DNA from: Candidatus Aminicenantes bacterium
Lineage (GTDB): Bacteria > Acidobacteriota > Aminicenantia > Aminicenantales > Saccharicenantaceae
Direction: 5' to 3'
Assembly: GCA_963717865.1 (NCBI GenBank)
Contig: CAVQXL010000004.1
Coordinates: 1,570,006 to 1,634,005 of the forward strand
DNA length: 64,000 nt
Under the pieces are notes generated by a model. It saw only the letters and a list, made by a program, of their open reading frames with translations, had not been told where the DNA came from and did no database searches. Of the stretch, positions 44,996 through 56,015 are shown piece by piece. The position numbers and the translations under genes were made by a program. The stretch's first letter is position 1. Each line of letters starts with the position of its first letter.

Positions 44996-46112
44996 CCCGG
45001 CCCTCCCCGTTCCCATTCCCGTTCGCGTTCTCCGCGGCGGCCGGCAGGGCCCGCAGGGATGACGCCTTGACCCCGGCCCAGACGGTCTCCCCGGCACGGA
45101 TGCCGAGCTCATCGACGGACGCCTTTGTCAGGAGGGCCTTCAGCGGAAATCCGCAATCCAGGGTGATGAGGGCGAAACGGTCCGACGGAACGACCTCGAC
45201 CACCCTTCCCTCGAACCAGTTCCTGACGCTGCTCTCGAACCGCTGTCGGGCGAGGAGAACGTCTTCCGGCCTGACGAAGAGCAGAACCTCGGAGCGGGCT
45301 TCGGCCCGGCCGGACGCCAGGATCCGGCGCCCGCCGTGGCCGACGACCAGCAGGTCCCCCCGCTGCTCCTCGACGACGCCCTTGAGAAGCGTCGCGTGGC
45401 CGAGGAGCCGGGCCGCCTCGTCGTCCGCCGGCGCGGCGAAGACCTCTTCGGTCAATCCCTGCTGGAGGAGCTTCCCGCCGACGAGGACGGCCAGGCGATC
45501 TCCCAGGTACGCCGCTTCTTCCCGATGGTGCGTCACGAAGACGGCCGTCTGGCCGGTCGCCCGGAGCACGCGTCCGAGCTCGGCGATCAGCTCTTCCCGG
45601 CTCGGGGCATCCAGGGGAGAGAACGGCTCGTCGAGGAACAGGATGTCCGGCTCGAGGACGAAGGCCCTGGCCAGATTGACCCGCTGGACCTCTCCCCCCG
45701 AAAGCTTCCGGGCGTCACGGCGGAGAAGATGTCCGACGGAAAAGAGGGCGGCCGCCCTTTCGAGCCGCCGGGCCATCTCGGGACGGGGGACCTTGCGGAC
45801 CTTCAGCCCGTACAGGATGTTCCGCTCGACGGAGCCGGCGAAGAGGAACGGCCTCTGAAGCAGGAGCACGAATCGGCGCCTGACGTCCAATCCGTTCCTC
45901 CGGCCGACCTCTTCGCCCCGGTAGGAAATCGTCCCTTGGCAGGGCCTTTCCTGCAGGGAGGCGAGCCTCAGGAGCGTGCTTTTGCCGGACCCGTTGGGCC
46001 CAAGCACGGCCAGGCATTCTCCACGAAAGACGGAGAAGCGGGGAACGTCCAGGACCGTGACCGGCCCGTAGGCGTGACGGATCCCCGTCATCTCCAGGTG
46101 CGCGGCTTCCAC
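44982..46112 (-). CDS. tupC: Tungstate ABC transporter ATPase with TOBE domain
   Basis: GPNGSGKST, LSGGE, LDEP, C-terminal SSVRN...VKAS (TOBE). Confidence 0.82.
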   Translation of the reverse strand: MEAAHLEMTGIRHAYGPVTVLDVPRFSVFRGECLAVLGPNGSGKSTLLRLASLQERPCQGTISYRGEEVGRRNGLDVRRRFVLLLQRPFLFAGSVERNILYGLKVRKVPRPEMARRLERAAALFSVGHLLRRDARKLSGGEVQRVNLARAFVLEPDILFLDEPFSPLDAPSREELIAELGRVLRATGQTAVFVTHHREEAAYLGDRLAVLVGGKLLQQGLTEEVFAAPADDEAARLLGHATLLKGVVEEQRGDLLVVGHGGRRILASGRAEARSEVLLFVRPEDVLLARQRFESSVRNWFEGRVVEVVPSDRFALITLDCGFPLKALLTKASVDELGIRAGETVWAGVKASSLRALPAAAENANGNGNGEGRDDRL

Positions 46113-46807
46113 GCCTTCGCTCCTTTCTGCTGGATCGAGGTCAGGACGAAATTGACGGCGAAGCTCAGGGCCAGGAGGACGAGCGAAAGCGCGATGGCGA
46201 CCTCGAAGCGACCCATCCGCGTTTCCTGGACGATGGCCGTCGTCAGGACCCGTGTCTGGCCTTTGATGTTCCCGCCGACCATCAGGACGGCCCCGACCTC
46301 GGAGATGGCCCCCCCGAATCCGGCCATAAGGGCGGCGAGCTGGGGGAGGCGTGCTTCCCGGAACAGGACGAGAGCCGCCTGCAGGTTCGAGGCCCCGAGG
46401 GCCCTGGCCTGGAGAACGGCCAGGGGATCGATGTTCTGGAAGGCCGCCAGGGAGAGTCCGGCGATGATCGGGACGACGATTATCACCTGGGCGATCACCA
46501 TTGCCGCGGGAGTGTAGATGAGATGGAGCCCCCCCAGCGGGCCCGTCCGCCACAGAAAAAGGGCGACGAAGAGGCCGACGACGACCGGAGGAAGCCCCAT
46601 GCCCGTGTTGATGAGGGAGACGAGGACGCGCCTTCCCGGAAAGCGGGCCATCGATAGCCAGAGGCCCAACGGGATCCCCAGGGCGAGAGCGATCAGGGTC
46701 GCGAGCCCGGAGACCTTCAGGGTCAGCAGGGCCGCCCGGGCGACCTCGGGATCGAGGGACGCCAGCATCCCGAACGCCTGGCGGAGTCCGGTCCAGATGA
46801 GCGCCAA
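46088..46807 (-). CDS. tupB: Tungstate ABC transporter permease
   Basis: NTGMGLPPVVVGL, GFGGAISEVGA...GGNI.G.TRVLTTAI. Confidence 0.88.
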   Translation of the reverse strand: MALIWTGLRQAFGMLASLDPEVARAALLTLKVSGLATLIALALGIPLGLWLSMARFPGRRVLVSLINTGMGLPPVVVGLFVALFLWRTGPLGGLHLIYTPAAMVIAQVIIVVPIIAGLSLAAFQNIDPLAVLQARALGASNLQAALVLFREARLPQLAALMAGFGGAISEVGAVLMVGGNIKGQTRVLTTAIVQETRMGRFEVAIALSLVLLALSFAVNFVLTSIQQKGAKAWKPRTWR

Positions 46808-46809
46808 GC

Positions 46810-47658
46810 TTACTCCCCGGGCCCCGCGGCGGGCTCTTTCAGGAAGGGCTTGAACAACGGGACGCCGAACTTATCCCTGCCGAACTCACCGATGGCCTTC
46901 TGGGTGGCCGGGCTCAGGAGGAATTCCATGAAGGCTTCGGCCCCCCGGATATCGATGTCCGCGTGCTTTTCCGGGTTGACCGTGATGACATGATAGACGT
47001 TCAGAAGGTCGGGCTCCCCTTCGACGAGCACGACGAGGTCCAGCCGTACTTGGACGGCGAGGAAGGTCCCCCGGTCCGTCAGCGTATAGCCCGCCTTTTC
47101 CGAGGCGATCCGCAGGGTCTCGGCCATTCCCTGGCCGGTTTCGAGGTACCACGCTCCCGCCGGCGCCAGACCGGCCCTTTTCCACAGGCCCTTCTCCTTC
47201 TTGTCCGTGCCCGAGGCGTCCGCCCGGGAGACGAAGACGGCCCCGCCGCCGCTGATAGCCCTTAAGGCTTCGGCGACCGGGAGGCCTCGGACCTTGCCCG
47301 GGTCCGCGGCCGGCCCGACGAGAACGAAATCGTTGGACATCAGCTCCTTCCGGTCCTTGCCGAATCCGGCGGCCATGAACTTCTCTTCGTCGGCCGGAGA
47401 ATGGACGACGAGGACGTCGGCGCTTCCCTGCTCCCCCATCCTCAGGGCCTCGCCGGAACCGACGGCGATGGTCTTGAGGCGGTACGGGAACGAAGCCTCG
47501 AACCGCGGGACGAGGACATCGAGAAGGCCGGAGTCCTGGAGGCTCGTGGTCGTCGCCAGGATCAGGTCGCGGGGCGCCCCCGCCCCGGATAGGCCCAGGG
47601 CCAGACCGGAGGCCGCTATCAGGCAAAGAGCCGCCCGCCGAAAGCCGTTCTTCGTCAT
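46810..47658 (-). CDS. tupA: Tungstate ABC transporter substrate-binding protein
   Basis: Signature LATTTSLQDSGLL, GSGEAL, VHSP, SRADASGT, YTLTDRGT. Confidence 0.9.
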   Translation of the reverse strand: MTKNGFRRAALCLIAASGLALGLSGAGAPRDLILATTTSLQDSGLLDVLVPRFEASFPYRLKTIAVGSGEALRMGEQGSADVLVVHSPADEEKFMAAGFGKDRKELMSNDFVLVGPAADPGKVRGLPVAEALRAISGGGAVFVSRADASGTDKKEKGLWKRAGLAPAGAWYLETGQGMAETLRIASEKAGYTLTDRGTFLAVQVRLDLVVLVEGEPDLLNVYHVITVNPEKHADIDIRGAEAFMEFLLSPATQKAIGEFGRDKFGVPLFKPFLKEPAAGPGE

Positions 47659-47698
47659 ATTCCTTTCTCCGTTTCAGGGATGCCGGCCATCCCGAGGC

Positions 47699-47733
47699 AA
47701 AAAAAAGCGCGCCGTCCGTCCGGAAAGCGCGCC
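47699..47733 (-). terminator. Intrinsic terminator in the tupA leader (riboswitch expression platform)
   Basis: GCGCGC...GCGCGC stem followed by T8 on the minus strand. Confidence 0.55.
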
Positions 47734-47752
47734 GATCTCCGAATTCTGCGCC

Positions 47753-47849
47753 GACTCCTTTCCGCGACGGGAGGCATGGCCGTTTCCGGCCCGGCCCTGT
47801 CGGCCGTCCTCCATGGTCGCGGAGACTTTAGGATCGACGGCTCGGAGCC
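47753..47849 (-). ncRNA. Moco/Tuco (molybdenum/tungsten cofactor) riboswitch
   Basis: GGCUCCGAG...CCUAA...AUGG...GAAAC...GCCUCCCGU..CGGAAAGGAGUC, matching Moco RNA hallmarks; upstream of tup-moe-moa genes. Confidence 0.85.
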
Positions 47850-47884
47850 CTCCCCCGCGCGCCCGTCGCGCGAAGGACGGATAC

Positions 47885-47913
47885 AAAATAGCCCACGGTC
47901 CAAGGGATGTCAA
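47885..47913 (-). promoter_or_regulatory. Sigma70-type promoter of the riboswitch-tup-moa operon
   Basis: TTGACA-N17-TATTTT. Confidence 0.55.
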
Positions 47914-47946
47914 CCCCTTGCGGCGGAACCCGGACTCCGCCGGTCG

Positions 47947-48495
47947 TCAGGCCAGCCCGAGGTCTCCGTCGATGCCCTGCATCGCCCCGAGGGCGACGGC
48001 AATGAAGGCGTCGAGGTCGAGCCCGAGGTTCACGCACTTCTCGATCTCTTCGCGGCGGGCGCCCTTGGCGAAGCTCTTTTCCTTATAGCGGCGCTTCACG
48101 AACTCGAGGTCGATGGCCTTGAGCTTCTTTTCGGGGTGCATCAGGGTCGCCGCGATGATCAGTCCGGTCAGGGGGTCGACGGAATAGATCGCCCAATCCA
48201 TGGGGCTCTCGCACGGGACCTTCCCGGCGTGGGCCCGGACCGCATGGACGATGGCGGGATCGATGCCCAACCCCTCGAGGACCTTCGCCGTCTCCACCGT
48301 ATGGAGCTCGGGGCTCTTCTCGGTGACCTCGTAATCGAGGTCGTGGACGAGGCCGGCCAGGCCCCAGGGCTCGGGATCGTGGCCGAGCTTGACGGCGACC
48401 GCTTTCATGCAGGCCTCGACGGCCAGGCAATGCTTGATCAGGTTCCTGTTCTTCAGATGGCTGTGGACCAGCGACAGGGCCTCTTCGCGTTTCAT
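47947..48495 (-). CDS. HD-domain (HDIG) hydrolase
   Basis: LIKHCLAVEA.M, GLVHDLDYE, K.FAKGA.RE.I. Confidence 0.85.
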   Translation of the reverse strand: MKREEALSLVHSHLKNRNLIKHCLAVEACMKAVAVKLGHDPEPWGLAGLVHDLDYEVTEKSPELHTVETAKVLEGLGIDPAIVHAVRAHAGKVPCESPMDWAIYSVDPLTGLIIAATLMHPEKKLKAIDLEFVKRRYKEKSFAKGARREEIEKCVNLGLDLDAFIAVALGAMQGIDGDLGLA

Positions 48496-49880
48496 TTCGG
48501 CGTCTCCTTTTTTTCGGGTTCTTCGGGCTTCTTCTCCGGGCGTTTTTCGATGGTGTAGGGGATCTCAGCTTCCCGGGACTGCTTGGCGTCCGTCACCGTG
48601 ACCCCTAGGGTGTAAGAGCCTTCGGCTGATGCGAACCAGGTCCAGGTGTTCTTTTCGGAGGCCTTCTGAGCCACCTCGCGCTTCTCCCCGCTCCTGACGT
48701 AGAACTCATACCGGGGCTCGAAAAAGCCGAGGGCAGTCGCTGAAAGGGGGATCTCCTCCCCCGTCGGCTGGGGAGAGACCTTCTGGGCCGACAGGCTGAC
48801 CCGGACTTCCTTTCTCAGAAGAAGGAGCTTGCCTTCGTCGGTCGTAAGGTCGTGCTGAGCGATCACCAGAAAGGGATCGACCCAGGCGGCGTTCGCAATG
48901 ATGTCCCGCGGCGCCGTGAACGCGCCCGCCTTTTGCCCCGTCGCCGCATCGAGGGCGAGGAGGACGGCCGAGAGCGATGCCGCGATCAACTTGTCCCCCG
49001 CCAACGCGAGGTCGTAGACCGTCCGGGAGGGGACGTTCGCCCACCAGACGATGTCGCCGCCGGACTTGTCCAGACAGTAGAGCACGCTATTCGTCGCCGG
49101 GAGATAGAGCCTGCGGCCGAGCACGACCGGGTCGGCCGCGACCTGGCCTCCCAGCCGGGCCTTCCATTTTGGCCGGGTCCCTCCGATCTTCAGGCAATAG
49201 AACCACCTGTCTTCCGTTCCGAAGTAAACGGAATTCCCGTCGCTCGCCGGCGGGCCGACGACGACTGCGGGCGCCCGGTGCGTCCAGACGGGTCTGCCCC
49301 CAAGTTCGCGGACGTGGATCGTTCGGTCGTCGGAATAGAAGACGACGCGGGCGCCGGAAACGACGGGGCCGCCCGTGACCGCCCCGCCGGCCTGGAACAC
49401 GCGGTCGTCCTTTCCGTCGAGGCCGATCGACCAGAGGTTTCCCTTCGAGGTGCCGAAAAAGACTCGGCCCCCGCCTTCGACGACGGGCGTCAGGATCTTC
49501 TCCCCGATGGGCCTCTTCCATAAGAGCCCGCCGCCGGAGCTCAAGGCGTAGAGGACGTCGTCGACGTCGCGGACGTATATGTTCTCGGCCCCCGGGAAGG
49601 GCGGCTCGAGAAGACGGTTGTCCGTATCGAATTTCCAGGTCGCCTTCTTCGCGGCCGCATCGATGCACCAGACGATCCCGGCCCTGGTGCTCAGGTAGAT
49701 CGAACCGCCACGCGCCCTGATCCCCCCCTCGGGCCGGCCCTTGAACGTCACGGCGCCGTCCTCGATGACGGGGAAGGCGACCCCGGAAGGATAAGGCGCG
49801 GTCCGGGGCTTGAAAAGGCTGCAAGCCGCCCCCAGTTGAGCCGCGGCCAACAGAGAGATGATGAGCAGGGGTTTTTTCAT
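48492..49880 (-). CDS. PQQ-like beta-propeller lipoprotein (BamB-like) with a C-terminal Ig-like domain
   Basis: Lipobox LGAAC; repeated G...W motifs; C-terminal GSYTLGVTVTD. Confidence 0.75.
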   Translation of the reverse strand: MKKPLLIISLLAAAQLGAACSLFKPRTAPYPSGVAFPVIEDGAVTFKGRPEGGIRARGGSIYLSTRAGIVWCIDAAAKKATWKFDTDNRLLEPPFPGAENIYVRDVDDVLYALSSGGGLLWKRPIGEKILTPVVEGGGRVFFGTSKGNLWSIGLDGKDDRVFQAGGAVTGGPVVSGARVVFYSDDRTIHVRELGGRPVWTHRAPAVVVGPPASDGNSVYFGTEDRWFYCLKIGGTRPKWKARLGGQVAADPVVLGRRLYLPATNSVLYCLDKSGGDIVWWANVPSRTVYDLALAGDKLIAASLSAVLLALDAATGQKAGAFTAPRDIIANAAWVDPFLVIAQHDLTTDEGKLLLLRKEVRVSLSAQKVSPQPTGEEIPLSATALGFFEPRYEFYVRSGEKREVAQKASEKNTWTWFASAEGSYTLGVTVTDAKQSREAEIPYTIEKRPEKKPEEPEKKETPK

Positions 49881-50426
49881 GGCGTTTAAGCGATTATCAT
49901 AACATTATCCCTTTACAGGCTCAACGGTTTGAGCATAAGGGGAACCCGTCCGAATCCCTCCCTAGGGGCCATGACCGGTATCGTGCCCGGAAAGATGACA
50001 CTCCTCAGGGTCTCCGCGCATACCCCAAACCCGGCCTTAGGAGGGGTTCTCCGGGAAATGACATGGATTCACGTCGAAAAGGCCTTTTTTGGACCGAAAA
50101 GAGGCCTTAGAACATCATTAAGCAGGAAAACGGTCCCTCCGGAATCCGGCCATAAGATTGAGCCGGAGAAATCGACGACTTATATCGGACGAAAATGGCT
50201 AATTTAGGCCTGTTTTTCATTCCAAAGCCCCGCCTGAGGGGCCAAAAAAGCCGCGGTTCAAGGAGTCAGGGGACCCCTCCATTTTATGGCGAAAATGCCC
50301 CCTTTCCGGGTCGAATCGCCTCCCTCCCTCAGACCGCAAGAACACGCCGACTTTGCGTCCTGGAATGCGGCCGCCTCGCAATGCCCTTTTGATAGTGATA
50401 GAATTGGAGTTCGAGGAGAAAAGACG

Positions 50427-53400
50427 ATGAAAAGAACGCTTGTCGCAGCCCTGCTCCTGCTCCTGTCGGCGCGGCCCGGTTCGGCCGAGCTCTCCAGCCT
50501 CTCCCAACTCTATGCTCAAGGCAAGACCGTCCAGGACCTCGACGGCGACGGGCACAGCGACAAGATCGTCATGTCCATCATCATCCCGGACAACCCCTCC
50601 GCCGCGGAGATCGCCCTCGCCTCGGATATCGCCGCCCGGGTCAACCTGGAAAGCCTGGCCCAGGACTTCGCGCTCGTCCGCCGGGAATCCGAAGTGACGA
50701 GCTGGGAATCGCTCCCCAACCCCATCCTCGTCGGCGCCAACCTGCGGTGGGCCCGGGATATCCTCAAGGACCGGAAGCTGGACCTCGACGCCCTCGGCCC
50801 CGACAGGGGCGTCGTCTTCGTGTTCTCCCATAAGAGCCAGCGGGGGATCGCCTGCGTCGCCGGCTCGGACGATGCCCTTCTGAGGACGGGTCGGGCCTTT
50901 TTCCTGCGCTGGCCCTATTTCTGGGAGGTTTGGGGCCGAGAGTCCGGAGCCACCTTCCTCTCCTTCGAGAGCGAGCTCGCCAAGTTCCTGGGACAGGAGG
51001 ACGTGCTCCTCCTGAAGACCGTCATCCGGGAAGCCCTCTACGAGTTTCCGCCCGCGGCATTGGCCAAGGGCGCCCTCAAGAGCTTGGACTTCACGTCGGG
51101 GGAGATCCGCGAGCTCGTCGTGGAGGTTCATTTCACCGACGAGGACGACCAGAAAAGGGCGTTCCGGGCCCTGGACGGCCTCGCCAAACAGCGCCCCAGG
51201 GGCCTGCGCACCGAGGTGCTGACGGCGCCGGCCTGCGCCCTGATCTCGTTCGAGCTCAAGTACGGCAAAAAGAGCCTCGAAGTGGGCCTGCCGCGTCCCG
51301 GGTCTACCAAGCGCCTCCTCACGCCTGCTTTCAAGGAAGAGGCCCGGGCCGAAGCCGGGGTCAGGGACTTCGACCTGCTCGACCTTTTCACGGCGAAGGG
51401 CCTCTACGCCGACAGGGACGGCGACGGGATCCTCGACGGGCTCGACGCGGCGGTCATCATCCCCGCCGGCCTCAGCGGCAAGGGCGTCGCCGGGTTCGCC
51501 TCCAAGCTCGTCCTCCCCGCGGCCGGCGCATCCTTCCCTGTCGTCTTCCTCGACTCCGAGATCGAACGGCCGAAGGGCCTGACCGCTCCGGTGCTCGTCG
51601 GACCGAACCGTCTCACCCTGGAGCTTGTCCGGACGGGGAAGCTCCGACTGCCGGAGCTCGAGAGCGCGCGGGGTCTGGTTCAGGTCGTCCCCAAGGCGTT
51701 CAACGACACCGCCGCGCTCGTCGTCCATTCCGCGGACACGCCGGGCCTCGAGAAGCTCCTTGCCTATCTTGCCGAGACGTTCCCCTATTTCGACGCCTAC
51801 CAAGAGGGACGCCCGAGGCTCGGGGACGTTCCGGCCGATTTCGCAGCGTTCCTCAAGGGAGAAAAGGGCGGCGCGGAGGCTTTTTTTGCCGCCAAGCTGA
51901 AAAGCCTCGCCGCCGAGCTGGCGGGCACCGGGCTCGACTCGATGGATATCCGGCTGACCCTTCCCCGGGCGAACCCGGCTTTCGAGGAGGCCGTCCGGAA
52001 GGACATCGAGAGCCTCCTCGGGCCGAGGTCCGTCTCGGTGACGACGCGCTCCCTCCGGGATGGCAAGGCCGTCTTTGAAAAGGAAAAGGAGTTCGAGTGG
52101 GAGGTCGACGAGGCCCTTTCCCTTCTCGGTGAAGGGCTGAGCTCCGTCGCCGGCGGGACGCCGGTCCGGGTCAGCCTGGGGGTCAGCGAATCACCCGAGG
52201 TCCGGGCGAAGGTGAAGGGGCGGATCGAGAGCCTCCTCGCCGAGCGCGGGCTCCCCGGCGCCGAGGTCGAGGTCGCGTCCGCCTACAAGCAGGGATTTTT
52301 CTGGCTCGCCGAGAAGGTCGCTCCCGCTCTCAAGGGCAAGGGCATCCATCGCCTGTCCGTGCGGTTCCGGGCAGACGAAGACCCTCGGAATACGCTCAAG
52401 CGGTCCTACGCCGAGCCCTACCGTTGGCTGCACGAGCTCTATCCGGCCGACGAGATCGTCGCCCGGGAGCTCCAGATCCCCCCGGAGAGGATCGAGTTCG
52501 AGATCAAGCCCGCCGCCGGGCCCGTATACGAGGTCCTGGCATTCGACGAGAAGGGCGGTTTGGTCTTCCAGCAGTCCTTTTCGCCGCGGACACGGGAAAT
52601 CCCCTTCCTCGACGTCCTGCCGGAATGGGGCCGGGTCCTGGCCACGACCGGTTGGCTAAAGGTCATGGCCGGAAAGGAGTCCGTGCTCGACGTTTCCCTC
52701 CGGACCGACCTGGAGAGGTTCTGGGAATTCTACCAGGAGGAGGTCCTGAAGCCCGTCCATGCCCACGTCCTCCGAAAGACCGGCTGGGATCCCGTCTTCG
52801 CCAAGCAGCCCTATTTCAAAAGGCTCCTCGTCGAGCTGTGGGCCAGCGAACCCGATTATCGGCTCGGGCTGGACGAAGAGGCCGTCAGCAGTCTCGAATC
52901 CATCCACGACGAGATCTATTTCGACACGCTCGACCTTCTCCGGGGCATCACCCGGTTCGGGGAAAGCGAGGCCTCCGTCCCGGAAGACACGTCACGCTCG
53001 TCCGCTCCCGGCAACGTCCTCCCCGTCGTCCACCCGTCCACCGAGGACGGAAAGGCCCGGGTCCGGGTGTCGTTCGAGGACTGGCCGGCGGCCGGGCCGG
53101 AAATGGAGGTCCGATGGAAAGAGCCGGAGCGCGAAGAAGCCTTGCGGACCGTATCGTTCCCGGCCTTAAAGGTCGCGAACGTCCGCGTTCCCGGTTTCAT
53201 TTATGACGGCCAGGAGGACCGGATGGAGAGGCTCTTCCTGGAGATGGAGGCGGGCTCGGAGCCCGACTACCTGGCGCTCCTGGACCTCGCGGCGTCCCTG
53301 CGGGCGATCACGGACCGCGGTCTCACGGCCGGACCGTTCGACTACCCGAAGCTCGAGACGGTCACGGCCCGGTTCCGTTGGCGGGACCTCGTCAAGGAGG

Positions 53401-54575
53401 AGGACCTGCCCGTCCGCGCCGCGGCCCCGGAAGCCCGTCCATTGCCGGCTCCGCCCGGCCCGGAGGAGGCCCTTGTCCCCACGGGAGAGATCCTGTCCCC
53501 GGACGCGTGCCTCGACATCATCGGAAGGTTGGGGACTTTCCGCGCCGTCCGGGCCTACACCGGAGGGCGGTCCTATGAGGACAGGCCCGTGCCGGTCATC
53601 GAGGTCTTCACGCCCCGGGAGGGGACCGTATCGACGGCCCGCCTCGTCACGTTCAAGCCGACGCTCCAATTGAGCGCCCGGCAACACGCCAACGAGATCT
53701 CCTCGACCAACTATACCCTCAAGCTGGTCGAGCTCCTGGCGCGCGACCGCGGTTGGCAGGACGCCGCCCGAAAGATCAACTTCGTCATCCAGCCGATGGA
53801 GAATCCCGACGGGGCCGCCCTCGCCTTCGAGCTTGCCCGCCTCGCGCCCTTCCACAGCCTCCACGCCGGGCGCTACGGCTCCCTCGGGGTCGATATCGGC
53901 GCCCAGGTCGACGCGGGACGGCCGATCCTCCCCGAGGCCGCCGTCCGGACGGGGCTGTACGATCACTGGCTCCCGGACATCTACCTCAATCTCCACGGAT
54001 ATCCTTCCCACGAGTGGGTTCAGCAGTTCTCGAACTATTCCCCCTACCTCTTCCGCGATTACCGGATCCCCCGCGGCTGGTTCGCCTATTTCAGGGCGCC
54101 GCGCTCTCCCCATCTACGAAAAATGGAAAGCCGCCGGAGAGGATCTCCTGTCCTTCGTCACTCGGGAGATCCAGGCGGACGAGAGGATCCGGGACTCGAA
54201 CAAGCGGTTCTACGACCGATATCACCGCTGGGCGACCCGCTGGCAGCCCTTCCTCAGCCCCCTCGAGGTCTCCGACGGCGTCAATGTCTACGCCAAAAGG
54301 CGAGTCCTCCCGCGAGAACCGCCTGACGTTCCGAAGCCAGCCTGACGTTCGTCGAACAGACGCCGGAGCTCATGGACGAGACGGCCTCGGGGGCCTGGCT
54401 GAGCTTTCTCTGCGAACAGGGACTGGCTTACCTCAGGGCCCACGTGAAGTACCTGAGCCAGGTCCGGTTCGAGACGGCCCGCATCGAGGAGGAGGTCGGC
54501 GGCAGAATCCGGATCGAATTCCATCGCGAGCGCCCCGGGACCATTCCGGCCGCCGCGAAGGTCCCGGGAGATTGA
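50427..54575 (+). CDS. Very large secreted M14 zinc carboxypeptidase-family protein (~1380 aa), C-terminal frameshifts
   Basis: GAGGAG RBS, signal peptide; RQHANE (HxxE), NPDG, NLHG near the C-terminus; DxDGDG motifs. Confidence 0.8.
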
Positions 54576-54627
54576 AAACCGGGCGGCGAATTGATAAGAT
54601 GGGGACACCGACGGGCGATGGAGTGAC

Positions 54628-56015
54628 ATGGAACTACCGACGAGCCTTCTGATCGTTTCCAAGGATTTCACGCTCTACGACACGGTGAAAAGATCCTCTC
54701 TGCCGGGCGATATCGAACCTCTTCTTCTGCCAGCCCGACGAGGACTATCCTCGCCGTCGTCCGCGACAACGGGATCCGGGTCGTCCTCCTCGACGCCCCG
54801 AAGCCGGGGGCGACCGCCGCGCTCGCTCCTCAAGAAGCTGAAGACGCTTCGATCCCTCGATCGACGTCGTCGTCCTGGGGGACGAGGCCGGGCCGGAGGC
54901 CATCCTCGACTGGATCCACACGGGGGCCACCGACTACATCCCCAAGCCGTCCAGCCCGGGTCGATCACCGGCGTCCTGCGAGCGGATCGCGGAAGCGGCG
55001 GACCCTGCGGCGGGAGACGTTCCAGCTCGAGAAGAAGCTCGAGCGGAAATACGTCTTTCAGGGCATGATCAGCCGCAACCCGACCATGCTCGAGATCTTC
55101 GGCCTGATCGAGAACATCGCCAAGTATTTCTCGAGCGTCCTCATCACCGGGGAGACCGGGACGGGCAAGGAAGGTCGTCGCCCGGGCCATCCACGCCTTG
55201 AGCCCCTTCAAGGACAAGCCTCTCGTCGTCTGCGACTGCGCCTCCATCCCCGAGAACCTCTTCGAATCGGAGCTCTTCGGCTACCGGAAGGGGGCCTTCA
55301 CCGGGGCCGACAGGGACAAGCGCGGGCTGTTCGAGGAGGCCGACGGCGGCGTCATCTTCCTCGACGAGATCGCCGAGATCCCCGTGGCCGTCCAGGCCAA
55401 GCTCCTGCGGGTCCTGGAGAATCACCAGTTCCGTCCCCTGGGCGCGAACGAGAGCACGGACGTCGAGGTCCGGGTCATCGCCGCGACGAACCGCGACCTC
55501 GGCGAGGGCATCCGGACCGGCACGTTCCGGGAGGACCTCTTCCACCGATTGAACCGGGTCGAGATCCGATCTGCCCCCGCTCCGGGAGCGGCTCGAGGAC
55601 ATTCCGCCTTCTCGTCCGCCATTTCGTCCAGGACTTCGGGAAGGAGTTCTCCAAGAACCTGCGCGGCGTCTCCGCGCGACGTCCAGAAGATCTTCCTGAA
55701 GTACGACTGGCCGGGAAACGTCCGCGAGCTGGACAACGTCCTGGAGAGCGCGCTCGATGCTCTGCAAGAAGGACTTCATCGACGTCGCCAACCTGCCCAA
55801 ACACCTCCGGGATTATCGAGGCCCCGACCGGGGCCCTCTCGCTCCTCCGCAAGGACAGCCTGTCGACGCTCGAGAGACCTCGAAAAGGAATACATCGTCT
55901 ATCTTCTGAAGGTCACCAAGGGAACAACCTGCGCGCGACGGCCGGGATCCTGGCGATCTCGCGGACGACGCTCTACAACAAGATGGCCAAGTTCGGCCTC
56001 TCCCGGAAGGCCTAG
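54628..56015 (+). CDS. Sigma54-dependent NtrC-family response regulator, frameshifted
   Basis: Receiver (GATDYIPKP), GETGTGKE, ESELFG..KGAFTGA, FLDEI, WPGNVREL, Fis-type HTH. Confidence 0.88.

Noticed and set aside
50286-50426. N-terminal extension of the M14 ORF from the ATG at 50286
   Set aside because: The ATG at 50427 has a GAGGAG RBS and begins a clear signal peptide; the upstream part has atypical composition.
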